A DNA stretch of 64,000 nucleotides, from the NCBI GenBank assembly GCA_028534125.1, contig CM052816.1, positions 37,264,001-37,328,000 on the forward strand, read 5' to 3'. The notes below the pieces were generated by a model. The model saw nothing but the letters and a program-made list of their open reading frames with translations. It made no database searches and was not told where the DNA came from. Source of the DNA: Lama glama (taxonomy: Eukaryota). This document shows, piece after piece, positions 37,566 through 50,916 of this stretch. The position numbers were made by a program, and so were the translations under genes. Within the stretch, counting starts at the first letter, position 1. Each line of letters begins with the position of its first letter.

Positions 37566-37816
37566 GGAGATGCAGTTCTGCATGGTGGAAAGAACACTGA
37601 ACAACATGCCGTGGGTCCTAAAATGTAGGCCTGGGTCTTGTACTTATTAGCAGTGTAACCTTGGACAAATAATGACCTATCTCATACCCAATCTCTTCAT
37701 CTGTGACATCAGAAAATATTTTGTACCTTCACAGACATTTGTTGTAAGATTGAAATATGTTTATAAGAACACATTTTCCAAACCACTAGAAGCTTTATCA
37801 ATATGAAGATCTATTT
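37566..37816 (+). mobile_element. MIR (MIRc/MIR3-like) SINE
   Basis: GTGGAAAGAACACTG...ACTTATTAGCAGTGTAACCTTGGACAAAT...CTCTTCATCTGTGA...GTTGTAAGATTGAAAT. Confidence 0.75.
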
Positions 37817-39175
37817 CACCACTTAATGCTAAAACAAAAGAAAAATGAAACTACTTTATATAATTAATAATGCATCAAAGAAAACCATAATACGCAACAG
37901 AATGTGCTTAAACTTTTTCAAATACAATCCTTTGCTTTATTTTAATACAGAAAAATGCAAAAATTCTTTAAGAACAAGGGGCAGTGTTATCAGGTCAGAG
38001 CCAGTCTTCATTATATCTCCGTATTGGTAGAAGTCCTAGAAATTAGGCAAAATGCTGATTCTGCAACTATAATCTGTTTTACATATAAAATATCGGAAAT
38101 TCAGAGTAGTTAAAATAGATGAAAAGAGTGTAATGAATTACATTATTATATCCTTATCCTAGAATGGAAAGGGAACTATTATCTTGATATTCAAGCTAAC
38201 AATTTTCTGAGTTAAAAATATGCTTTATCAAAAAATGATGTTATATTTTGCCTAGTTTTTAAATGGTTTGCCAGGCCTTTAAAGTGAATGAATTGCAAAG
38301 CATTTTAAAGAGAATGACACCAAGTACTTTTGGTAAAGATGAGTCTAGCAAAATAAAAGATGACAGCAATCCCTAGGCTTGGGGATATCTGAATATTTAA
38401 CTGTATCTCTCAATATTGTTTAGTATTTTTTAGATCTGTACATCATCCTTTCTCTCATTTTATCATCCAAATGCTTTTCAAATTTTGCTGTGGGGATATT
38501 AGTTCATCAGTATATTAAATTCTATCACATGTGTAAATAAGAAGTTCCCAAATAAAAAATAAAAAAAAAATTTTTTTTACTCCCTCTCCAATTTCAGTTT
38601 ATTACCCTTTCCCGTTTAGTTCTGGGCATAGAGCACTGATCTGGGATAAGTGGCAAAGGAAGGTTTTCATTTTTCCAAACTCCTTTGACATGTTTTGTTT
38701 CATATCCCTACAGAGGAAGGGGACAAAGTCTCTTCCTCCATCATTTTATTCACCATTCTTTTCTTACTAATTTATAAAGTATTATCATTTGACGAATTTT
38801 TAAGATCTGAAGTTAACCCATACATTTTGCATCCTTCTAAGGAAAAAATGTCAGCCCGCCTATGGCATTGCTTTCCTCTCCCTCTTGCTATCAGTCTCCC
38901 ACCCCACTTTACTCTTTTTTCTAAGATTTCTAAGATTCCTCCATGGTAGTGGGAATGGCTGCAAAGTTTTCCCTTCAGGGACTCTACAGTCAGCACCCTT
39001 CCCCACTGCTCATTAAACATGAAAAAGGGAAAGTAAAAGGCCCTTTCAGGAGAAGAGATTTTAATTCCTTCAATGTAAGTCATGCAATTGTGTATTATAT
39101 TTTAAAGACTTTGAATCCCTGATTGAATTGTTATGTTTCTAATTATGTGTATGACAGAGACTTCAGTTTTATCCG

Positions 39176-39320
39176 TTTTTTAACACCTTTATTATGGTGT
39201 GATTCCTATTCATTAAACTACACATATTTTAGATGTACAATTTGATGAATTTTGATGTATACACCAATGAAACCACCATCACAATCAAGATAGCTAACAT
39301 TTCCATCACTTGCCAAGAAG
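39176..39320 (-). mobile_element. Old L1 (L1MB/MC) 3' terminal fragment
   Basis: TAAACTACACATATTTTAGATGTACAATTTGATGAATTTTGA...GAAACCACCATCACAATCAAGATA. Confidence 0.8.
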
Positions 39321-39333
39321 CGCAAAGTTCGAG

Positions 39334-41085
39334 TTCCCAATTTATCCCTTCCCACTCCTTTTACCCCCTGGTAACCGTAAGTTTGTTCTCTATGTCTGTG
39401 AGTCTGTTTCTGTTTTGTAGATGAGTTCATTTGTGCCCCTTTTTTAAGATTGTACATATAAGCAATATCATATGGTATTTCTCTTTTTTTTTCCGACTTA
39501 CTTCACTTAGAATGACAATCCATCCATGTTGCTGAAAATGGCATTAGTTTTTTTATATATATAATTGAGTAGTATTCCATTGTATATGTACACAGTATCT
39601 TCTTTATCCACTCATCTGTCAAAGGACATTTGGGTTGTTTCCATGTCTTGGATATTATAAATAGTGCTGCTGTGAACATTGGGGTACATGTGTCTTTTTG
39701 AATTATACTTTCCTCTGGATATATGCCCAGTGGTGGGATTGCTGGATCATATGGTAAATCTATTTTTAGTTTTTTGAGGAACCTCTATACTGTCGTCCAT
39801 AGTGGCTGCACCAATTTACATTCCCACCAACAGTGTAGGAGGGCCTTAGTTCTCCACTGCCTCTCCAGCAGTCATCATTTGTGGACATCATAATGATGGC
39901 CATTTTGACTGTTGTGAGATCATATATCATTGTAGTTTTGATTTACATTTCTCTAACAATTAGTGATGTTGAACATCTTTTCATGTGCTTGTTGGCCATC
40001 TAGATGTCTTCTTTGGAGAAATGTTTATTTAGGTCTTCTGCCCAATTTTTTTATTGGGCTGCTGGTTTTGTTTTTTTTTTTATTAAGCTATATGGGCTGT
40101 TTGTGTATTTTGGAAATTAGTCCCTTATGGGTCATATCATTTACAAATATTTTCTCCCATTCTGTAGGTTGTCTTTTCATTGGTGCTATCCTTAGGTGTG
40201 CAAAAACTTTTAAGTTTAATTAGATTCCATTTTTTGTTTTTGTTTTTTGTTTTTGTTTTTGTTTTGCTTTTATTTCTATTACTCTAGGGGCTGGCTCAAA
40301 AAAAAATATTGCTGTGATTTATGCTGAAGAGTATTCTGCCTTTTTTTCCTCTAGGGGTTTTATAGCATCTGGTCTTACAGTTAGATCTTTAATCCTTTGA
40401 GATTATTTTTGTGTATGGTGTTAGAGAATGTTCTAATTTCAGCCTTTTACAAGTATCTGTCCAGTTTTCCCAGCACCACTTGTTGAAGAGATTGTTTTTT
40501 CTTTATTGTATATTCTTGCCTCCTTTGTTGTAGATTAATTGACTGTAAGTGCATGGGTTTATTTCTGGACTTTCTTTCCTGTTTCATTGATCTATGTGTC
40601 TGTTTTTGTGCCAGCACCATACTGTTTTGATTACTGTAGCATTATAGTGTAGTCTGAAGTCAGGAACCATTTCCCCAGCTTTGTTCTCCTTTTTCAAGAC
40701 TGTTTTGGCTATTCGGAGTCTTTTATGTTTCCATACAAATTTTAACGTTATTTTTTTGTTTTATATCTGTGAAAAATGCCGTTGGTAATTTGATAGGGAT
40801 TACATTGAATCTGTTTTTACCTTGGGTAGTGTGGGCATTTTAACAATATTGACTCTTCCAATCTAAGAACACAGTGTATATCTTTCCATCTTTTTATGTC
40901 ATCTTCAGTTTCTTTCATCAGTGTCTTAACAGTTTTTGGAGTACGGGTCCTTTACCTCCTTGGGTAGGTTTATTCCTAGGTATTTTATTCTTTTTGTTGC
41001 AGTAGTAAATGGGATTGTTTCCGTAATTTCTTTTTCTGCTATTTCATTGTTAGTGTATAGAAATGCAACTGATTTCTGTATTCTT
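39334..41085 (-). mobile_element. Artiodactyl-type L1 ORF2 3' half plus partial 3'UTR (terminal tail missing)
   Basis: Collinear with 21355-22565 and extends further into ORF2 (GGTAGGTTTATTCCTAGGTATTTTATTC...AGAAATGCAACTGATTTCTG). Confidence 0.9.
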
Positions 41086-41970
41086 GTACACAAACATTCT
41101 GTAGTCCAAATTAAGTCAGATTTTTACTGTCAGAACTTTTAGAATCTATTCCATCTACATTCACTGGTTTGAGGATCATACATTGGTCTCCACTGCCCTC
41201 TGGCCGTCAAATTGTTCTTTTCTATTTCTGTCATACTCCTTCTGATACTTACTGGATGTCGTATATTTGATTAAACACAGTTTTGGGGAAATAGAAGATC
41301 TATATGCTGAAGCTGAGAGACTGCTATTAAATGTTTCCCTCTCACATAGTTATTCTAACTTCTTCATAAAGTTTTATACATGGATACAAAGAATTTATAT
41401 TAAGGGTCAAGTCTGTGATTTAAAAAAAAAAACTTCTCCCCAATTGAAGGATATTAAGTAGATTTACATTTTTTATCTGTCATTAATTTTCACTCTGATA
41501 TAAATGGACATATGTTTTCCTTTAAAAAAATTTCTCATGAATGTACTTAGCAAGGAAGGAGTTAAGTATCTGACCTGAGATCTATTTATTCCCTTTACCA
41601 GCATACAACCCCAAGGGGGAAGAAAAAGTGGGCAGGTGACCTGGCCTGATCTCCTCCTCAACTAGACCTCTGGATAAACTGACTAATGATATTTACTAGG
41701 AGGAAGATACCTTATCTATAGGACCCGTTAGCAGGATGCCCCTGGCTAAAGGATTACTTACGGTAAATAAAATTGCAGTCACCAGATTTATGAGGATTGG
41801 TTCCCTGGAGAATATCTTGTAAGCCATACAAAAGTGTAGGTATAAAATAGAGATTTTTTTTAATTTAAATGCCTCCTGCTGTGTTAGGTAAAGCCACAAA
41901 AACCTTCTTTGGCAACTTCATCTATTCTAGGCAAGAGAGTATGTGACTGATACTGGAAGAAAAGATCTAA

Positions 41971-42055
41971 TAGTGTGGTCAGATTTAACAAATCCAAATA
42001 AGGCTGTCCAGTTAAATTGGAACTGGAGAAAAACACTTGGGATGTTCCATGCATT
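41971..42055 (+). mobile_element. MER53 DNA element fragment
   Basis: TAGTGTGGTCAGATTTAACAAAT...CCAGTTAAATTGGAA resembles the recalled MER53 terminus. Confidence 0.6.
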
Positions 42056-43389
42056 TAACATGTACCTTCTTTGCCTTTACCTCTGAATTATTTCCTTACT
42101 TTTGAAATCACTAGTAAGTTTGATTCTGGATAACATCTCTGATTCATAAGTCTTATTTGACAGTTTGATCTGTATATAAGCACAGCAGAATATATACACT
42201 TATATACATAAATCAGTTTTACTCAATGCATCACTACTATTTTAAATTTGCTAAAGTAATTGTTCATGAGCCACTAACACACTACTTTGCTTACATATCA
42301 ACCAGGAGCCAGATTTGTGCTTATGTACCTCCTGCACAGATTCACAAAGTTACATCCATACCTACCCACACACATTTTCATTTACAGAAAAAATGATGTC
42401 AACATAGAAGAAAAATTATCTAACATTTAGAAATCAGAGAAAATATGAATGACTATTCATGTAGTCATTCTGGAATGTCATACTGGAATATTACTTAATA
42501 GGTACACTGAAATGTTATTTAACTCTCTACAGAAAAGTGCCTTTGTTGGAATTTCCTATTTACACTTGACTAGAACCCAGACCCTAGAAGAAATTTCATG
42601 TTCACTTGTAGATGTTTTCTTACAGAACTGAAAATACAAGACAGATCTTGTGTGATCATCTTATATAATGCCAGTGCTGGACTGAATTAACTTTCTGTCT
42701 TGTAGAAAAGATATTTTAAATTGTATGTCATTATTGTCCTATAGGAGAATAACTAGTTATATATGTGACCTAGACATCTTATAACTGCAGTTTTTTTCTT
42801 TCAAAGCCCATATATACTCGTTCTCTCAAGTTCTCCTTTGAACCAGCTTTATCATCCTGCCTTTTCTCTTACCAGGGTGATAACACATTGACACATGTTT
42901 ATCATATGTTTGTATGCAAATCGCATATTAAACCTTTTTTGAAAATAATACTGAGACATACCTAATAATTAAGAACTTATACTTTGTTGGAGAGACAACT
43001 AAATAGATAAATCGTAATATTATGTTCTTCTGTTGCTGTTAGTTTACATACCTCTTCAATTAAACGAGATGTTTAGGACAGCAACTCCATTCAGTCGTGT
43101 TTGCATTTAGCAGGTGGCTGAGTCGAATCCATCCCGTTAAACTTATCATTCAATATGGCACAAATGGTGGATGATTAATAAATAAATCTTCAGTTGAAAT
43201 ATTTGCAGGCTAAATGACATGTCCCTCCATATAATGTATACAGCTAACATAGGACTGTAAATGACACGAATACATTTTGATACCCTCCTCAAGGAAGCCC
43301 TAAGATGTGACACATAAATCAGTTCTGTAACAAGGGGGAGTGAATAATGACCTGTCTTTTTTTCTCAAACTACCTATGTTCTATATGTC

Positions 43390-43570
43390 TTCAATCTGAC
43401 CTTCTAATTCTACTCCTCACACTTCACTCTAGCCTTTGTCCCTTAAGGCTGACCTGTATAGAATTCTTCAACAAATTCACTTGCCCTCCAGATTTAGTTT
43501 GCTCTTATCAAATGCTGGAAAGAGCCAAGAAAGAACCCCTTTGGACTACCATTGCAATAGGCTCCTTCCT
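43390..43570 (-). mobile_element. LTR33-type ERV-L LTR fragment
   Basis: AGGCTGACCTGTATAGAATTCTTCAAC...CTTGCCCTCCAG resembles recalled LTR33. Confidence 0.55.
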
Positions 43571-45163
43571 TAGACTTATGTGTTCAGTTCCAACAATGGC
43601 ATTATATAAGATGATCACACAAGATCTCGACTCCTTTAATTTCATATAATTAATTGGTTAATTGATATTTGCCCTATTTTTTTCCCAGGAAGATATCAGA
43701 TAATTTACTTAAGAAATGTTAAAAAATATAAAATGATAAAATATGAAAAAGTTGTATGAAAGAAAAGATAAAAATTAGAGTGAGGGAAAAGTGATGTGAG
43801 TTAGAATTAAGACAAAGTACGTATCATGGTAATCTTCACTTATACAGTTTTGAGGCGTCACAAATTTGTCTGAGAAATCATGAGAGAAAAATTGTGTCCG
43901 TTGCAATGCAATGTGTCTAAATGGAAGGAACGTTGCTTGAAGAAATTCAGCTGCTGATAGGGCAAGAAATTAATAGAAATTTTCTCTCTAAAATCTTCAT
44001 TAAAGTCTTTATAATGTTAGATAACACATTTACCAAATCATTCCATATAAGTACAAGCTTAACAAGGCTTTTCTTTGTTAAGGTTTTCTTTTTTTTTTTT
44101 TTTTTGGTAGGTGCTTTGTTGCGTTTTTAATGACATTGGTATCCACATAAAGTGGGTAATATGCATACAAGTGCAATTCATCTGTAAGGACAATATTTTG
44201 TGGGAAAAATTGAGAGTGAGTGGAGAAAGTGTGACAGAATGCAATGTTGTCATCTAGCGGAATATTTTAGAACAGGAGAACTGAATTCAGCTGGTTTTAG
44301 GTACCTCTTGAACTATGCTAAGCATGAGATTTCACTCTGTCAGATGCCTGACTCGCCAATGTTGCACTTTGCCAGTTGAAAAGAAACTCACAGGTATAGA
44401 TGTACTACAATCACTGTGGGACAAGAGTGAAGATCTTTTTGAGGAGGTTCAGAGGCTAATGACGACTTGTGCCTGAAGAGAACTCCTTCTTAGTCTGCCC
44501 TGAACTGAGGTGCTAGCAAGGCCATGTTTCCTCTTAGAAAATTATTTTAAAATAACTTCACCACACAGTCAAATGGATAAGAAGGGCAGAAAAGTTTGAC
44601 CCATAGAGCCAATAAGTAGTAACTTTGTAACTTGAACCTAGCTCTGTCACACAACTCAGTCTCTGCTTTTTCTAACACATCATTAGTAACATTTATTATT
44701 AGCTATTAGCATTAGTATTAATATGAACACTATTATTGCTATGGCATGCTTGTAAATACCAATGTTTCAAATAATGTTGCACCAATCTTGCTCAATAAAT
44801 AATACCACTTTTCAATGAATTACTCCAGAACAAAGTGGCTCTTGAAAATTAGATGTTTTAACATTCCCTACTAAGTGTCCAGCTGCTTATTAAGAATGAA
44901 AATGTGTCTCACATATGCTGGTCTTTGACCTTTCTATTTGTAGAGCATTTTACACTTATGATTTCATTACCTTCTCTAAATCCCTGACAATATTTGGCAA
45001 GCTTTACGAAATAGTAACTTGATTAGCTTGCCTTAAGACCACCCAGCATGTCAGGTGCAGCCAAGTGAGAGCAAGGCCCCAGGAATAGTGAGTCTCTTTT
45101 TTCTACATTGTATAAAATTATTTACATATCAAAATGTACTTTTTCCTTAGAAATGTAACTCAT

Positions 45164-45194
<31 letters not shown>

Positions 45195-45499
45195 GGTATC
45201 CTCTTATTATTAAGAAATTTATGAAGAAAATTTGAGAAGGTAAAACAAATTGATAACATTGTAGATTTATAAACAGCTGCCAGAAATACTCATTTATAAG
45301 AGGAAATATTTTACTTTTCCACTAAAAGTAATCTTTAGTATACATTCTTAAATGAGTATTTACTTTTTTTCTGAAAATCACCCCAAAAAAGCTAAGAGGC
45401 TTATTAAATTAACTCCATAATTCATGAGACTATTTGCATAACCATTGCAATGAAGCTTTCCTCCCTTGTAAATCCATTCCAAAGATAATTGTAGAATAA

Positions 45500-45655
45500 A
45501 ATCATAGAGCTTTGCAAGCTAAGAGGCCCATAGAGATAATTACTGCCCTTGCTATGTATGGAAAGAAGTTGAGGTCAAAAAGATTAAGTGACTTGTTCAA
45601 GGTCACACAACTAACTGGTGAGTAGAATTTAGAGACCCTGACACTCCATAATGTT
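45500..45655 (-). mobile_element. MIR3/MIRc fragment
   Basis: TTGAGGTCAAAAAGATTAAGTGACTTGTTCAAGGTCACACAACTAA...CCTGACACTCC. Confidence 0.75.
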
Positions 45656-48003
45656 GTGTTTATGATCTATTTAATAGCTTTCTGTGCAAAAGCAACAAAT
45701 AGCTTAATCACTTGATCACAAGGGTACATTGATTCCACAAGTCAAATATGACACAGCTTAAAAGGTGCATTTTATGAAAGATGTTTACCTTATCCTTGTT
45801 TACACAGCAAGGAACTTTGAGGAGTTAATTTCAAAACTGTAAGCTGCATGAATCAACTTTGATGAAAAACAAATATAGAAAACTAAAACAACCTCTAAAA
45901 AGCCTAAGCAGATAAAGATAATAATATGAGTTAGAAGCAGGCCGTATTGTTCTTGCAGCTCAGTGAAATGGAAGGTGATTCAAAATTCTTAATGTCAAGT
46001 CAGCTTACAAAAAGATCAAGAAAGCAGAAAATCCAAAAGTGTTTATCCAAGTAATAAAAAAAAACCCACTGTGATCACTATAAATAAAATTATTTCTTTT
46101 TGTTCAACTCTTTTTTTCAGAGAGGGTGGGCAGGGAATAAAGTGGAAGATATTTGATCTGGGGTAAAAGAGCTTCAGTATATTCATTCCATACCTAATTT
46201 ATTTAGCTTAAACAGTAATATTAGAATGGAAGCTGTAAATCACAAAGTAAATTTAGATATTTATACAGTTTCATTAGGCCATAAAAACATATTTTCAGTA
46301 GCAGAGTCTTGAGCGATTAGAATGTTAAAAAAGGAAATCTAATCATTGTGAATTACTTGACTGTGCTATGAAGAGAGACTTCAGAATTGTAATAATACAA
46401 TGAGGATATCCATTTTTCCATATTTAAAATTAATCCATACATAGTCTTTTGTTCACTAACATATTTGTGTGTGTGTGTAAGTCTATACAACATATTTAGT
46501 TATGTTTAGAGGATAGAATGTAAAGTGTATCAGTTATGACAATGTAAAAGTTTATTTGACAAAGGTTAGAAGATGGAAGGAGAAAATCTTAAGGGAACAG
46601 GATATATGCAAATATCATCAGTTTACAAAGAGAAGTCAAGAAGTTCTGCCTATAGTTGAAAGAAAAGGAAATAAAAGTTTAAATTATCATTCCATGTCAG
46701 ATATTTGATCTACAGAACTAAATAGAATGATAAAACTAAGCCAGTGAAAACAAATGAGAACCATATATTCTAAGCAATTAAAACTAACCACAGATTATTT
46801 TAGCATTATTAATGGTATAATATGTCAGTATACTGTAGTCAGCATTTTAACAATATAAGCATATTAATGTAATTTTGAAAGGTAGGTATATTTAGTTTTG
46901 ATTAACAATTTTAATAATGATAATATAAAATGGTAGAATATATTTTAGGCAAGGTTTTAAAATCTAAAATGATATTGTCTTATAGACTATCTTGAGATTA
47001 TTGGAGAATTTAAACAGCGTGTATGGATTCTTTTGTTCTATGGGGAATACAATGTACATGTGATGTACAAGTTATTGCTTGAGCATCCAAAATATTTCAA
47101 AACATTTCCTAAGCTGTGTGGGTTGTAAGAAGTCTTAATTTTAGTCTCAGCCATGCCAGTAAGTTTCACATTTGGTGAGTCAAAAACTCAGAACTACAGG
47201 TTCATGCCAAGCTCATATTGTGAAGTTATAAAGAATGAACTATTTTTTACCTTTTTAAGTTTTCAAATCATATCTCAGAAATCTTAAGTTATCATCCAAC
47301 TTAAAAATACAAGCAACAAAAATTACAAAAGTACAACAAATGACTATATAATAATAGTTATAGTTTGATGAAGGTGACAGTAGATTAAAGGGTCCTCTAG
47401 CAAATTACAAAGCCTAAATGAACAGAAACATACTGTAAATGAGTTGGGTAGAAAGACTTTGAAACTATAAGGGTGCAGTGGGCTTTGATGAGCTACAGAG
47501 AGCGTGCTTTATCAGAAACGGGCAGTCACTACATAAGTTAACACACTGATTTTTAATGTTTACATTAATTTCTTAGAATATGTCATTTTTATATTAAGAT
47601 TAAAATAAGTTATTCTTTAAAGCGTATTTAATGCTTTGTCTTGCCTTAAATTAAGATGATTCATAATTGAGCCATTACCAGATTCTTGCATCTGTCATTG
47701 CATTTTATCCCAAAGACTTTCACATGCATCAGTTTTGGCATGATCAGAAACCATATCCTCTTTAGAGCCTAAGGGAACAGAAAATTAAGTATAAAGTTAG
47801 GGAGGTAAATATGTTCTTAAAGTAATTCTATAGGGCAAATGAAAAGTAGTAATGCAGCATGATGGACTACGGTTCATTTTTAATGACATTTGAAGTAGGA
47901 AAAATGTATACATGCTACAGTTTCTGAGGTTAAGCTGTAAAAAGTTGAATAACATTATAATAATTACAATGTTATTTAACTTTCCAAAAGCTAAGTGCTA
48001 TAA

Positions 48004-48028
48004 ACACACACACACACACACACACACA
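48004..48028. repeat. (AC)n microsatellite
   Basis: Direct inspection. Confidence 0.95.
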
Positions 48029-50070
48029 AAATCTAAACATTAAACTCAGTTTGTAATGAGCAAAATTTTTTGGAAGTCACTAAGGTCTTGGTCTCTGATG
48101 GAGCTAGACCCCCATGGGTAGTGTGTGTGTGTGAATGTGTGTGTGTGAGAGTGTGTGGACAGAGTGGGAGGGTGAGGCCTGATGTATAATTAGTGCCTAG
48201 AATATTGACTGACACATGATAGGCTCTCAAAAAGTATTTGTTTAATAATTAAATTAATGGATTTTAATTTTTGTGGGGGTTCTTCACAGCACATTTTTGA
48301 CAGATGTGTTTTGTCTCCTCTACAAGAACATGTGTAAAATAGCAATAATACAGAAACTGTTCAAAATTGCAGTAGAAAAAAGTCATCCCAGAGCCATCAG
48401 CACTGTAGTGGGGCAACAGCAGAAAAGATGGTCTTATAGGCCATCTGCACAGAAGGATCTGAGGTGAAGGGAGTACGCTATTTATATAAAAAGAGAGAGG
48501 TGAACCAAACAGGTCATGTGAATTATCTACACCAGAGAAATAAAACAGCTTTTCTATCAGTGAGCTTACTGTGTCTTCTGTGTTTGTTTTGAACTAAAAG
48601 ATTGAAAGAGTGCTGTGTTATTCAGGTTCAAACCCTTCACTGACCTCTCAACTTTTACAAGATGCCTTAACAACTTTAGACTTTTTAGTTATTGGTTCAA
48701 AGATAAAATGTTATGGGTGTGCACAGGGTTTGTCCCCTCAGTTGCAAATAAATTGAAGCAAAACTAAACTCAATTTAATTTTCGTCTGGCACAGTGGGTG
48801 ATCATTGAGATTGGCCATTTGCAGTTCAAAGCAACTGAACTATGCTGTCTTTCTAGATAAAACTTTTTCTAGCCATATATATTCCATATGATGTATCTGT
48901 ACCATGCTTAAATCATATTTCTTCTCACTCCTACTAGGATAAGGGTTGTAACTTTAGTATGATTTTGATAGTTATGTCAGAAAATGCTGATTTTCAGTAC
49001 AGTTTTTCAAATAAGATTGCAACATATTTTAACTCTTACAAAGCTGGTGGTGTCTACATTTCCATAGCCTTTTTATGTAGTTATTAAAAATACTAAATTG
49101 TTTCTTATCTATATTTTATAATATTAAAATAGTCACCACTTCTCAGTTTTATCCTATATGAACAGTATATGAAAAGTAAAGAGAGTATTTTTAGTTAATA
49201 AAACAAGTTCAATGTCATATTCACAAAAATATGTACTTCTCTATATAGAGCCATAATGTAAAATGTATCTTATCTTGATTTTTCACTATTTTCTACTTCT
49301 GTCCTATACAGTTACATAATCACCATATTACTTTTCACAAAACAGGTATAACAGTCATGAGAAAAAATTTGAATTCTAACTCAGGAAGTACAGGAATTTC
49401 ATTCTGTTATTTGCTATGTCAAACACTCAACTCAGAGGCCCTTAGATCTGGCCAGAGACCTTCCATAGCATTTTGGATCAACTCAATATTTATATATTAT
49501 GAATTTACTAAAACACTTTTTTGCTCATTTTATGAGGCCAGAGATAGCTTGATATCAATGCCAGACAGAGATTACAGGAACAGAAAACCATAGACCAATA
49601 TTCCTCATAAATATGAACACAGAGATACTTTATCAATATTGGTTAATACAATTCAGTGTGTCTTAAAAAGTTAATAAACCTTGACAATATGAGACTTCTC
49701 CAGGAATGCAAAATTAGTTCAACATTTAAAAACCAATCAGTGTAAATCATCTTATGAGGCAAAAAAATGGATGATTATCTTAATAGAGGAAGACAAATGA
49801 CTGACAATTCAAAATATGTCCATTTTACAAACTTTCAGCATTTAGTAATGGAAGAAAACTTTCTCAATCTGATAAAGGTAATCTATGAGAAATATACTTA
49901 CATTGTACTTAATGGTGAGAGACTGAATACCTCTCCCACAAAATCTCAAGGCAGTGATGTTCACTCTCACTACTTCTATTTGACAATGTACTGAAGGTCC
50001 TAGCCAATGAAATAATGTAAGAGAAACAACTGAAATCATAAAGGTTGAAAACAAGAGATAGCACTGTGAT

Positions 50071-50133
50071 TGTGTGTGTGAGAGAGAGAGAGACAGAGAG
50101 AGACAAGACAGAGACAGAGAGAGAGAGAGAGAG
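50071..50133. repeat. (TG)n(AG/AGAC)n compound microsatellite
   Basis: Direct inspection. Confidence 0.9.
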
Positions 50134-50275
50134 ATACACAGCATGAACAACTACATAGAAAACCCTAAATAACCTGGGGGGAAAACTCAACTCATGCTAA
50201 TAAGTGGGCTTATTTAGGTTTCAGAATAAAAGATCAATAAAACATCAAATGCGTATCTAGATATTAGCAATAATT

Positions 50276-50463
50276 AAAAGTAGTAGACAAAATAGATAAA
50301 GAATAAGGTTCTACTGTATAACACAGGGAACTATATTCAGTATCTTGTAATAACCTATAATGAAAAAGAATATATATGTATGTTTAACTGAATCACTGTG
50401 CTGTACACCAGAAACTACTAAAATATTATAAATCAACTATACTTCAATTTTAAAAAGCGGTAG
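50276..50463 (+). mobile_element. Short artiodactyl-type L1 3' tail nested in the old L1
   Basis: AAAATAGATAAAGAATAAGGTTCTACTGTATAACACAGGGAACTATATTCAGTATC...TACTTCAATTTTAAAAA; TSD AAAAGTAGTAG (50276-50286) and AAAAGCGGTAG (50453-50463). Confidence 0.85.
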
Positions 50464-50591
50464 GAGAATAATATTATTGATATGGTATTAATAAAACAGA
50501 CAGCTATAAACCTAAAGAAAATATGCAAAAGAATCATATGCTTAAGGTATAAAATACTGATTAAATTAATTATAGCAGATCTTTATAAATA

Positions 50592-50649
50592 AATAGATAT
50601 TACTGAGTTTATGGAGTTGAAATAGATTTTACTGAGTTTATGGAGTTGA
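50592..50649. repeat. 29-bp tandem duplication (1 mismatch)
   Basis: AATAGAT(A/T)TTACTGAGTTTATGGAGTTGA present twice. Confidence 0.95.
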
Positions 50650-50863
50650 AAATTCAATGCAATTGCTGTTAAAATATCAGCAGGGTTATTGTACACGGTG
50701 ATAAGCCAATTTGAAATTTTATATGGAAGTGTAGAAGAGCCACATTACACAAACAACTTAAGAAAACTTATTATAAACTATAATAATCTAGTTAGTACAT
50801 ATTGGAAAGGAAATAGATACATAGATCAATAAAATAGAATACAGTCCAGGAACAAACCCAAAT

Positions 50864-50915
<52 letters not shown>
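50864..50915. repeat. (ATAG)13 microsatellite
   Basis: Direct inspection. Confidence 0.97.

Positions 50916-50916
<1 letters not shown>

Noticed and set aside
48004..48156. (AC)n and (TG)n tracts ~90 bp apart as an inverted repeat element
   Set aside because: Simple repeats only, with no complementary unique sequence
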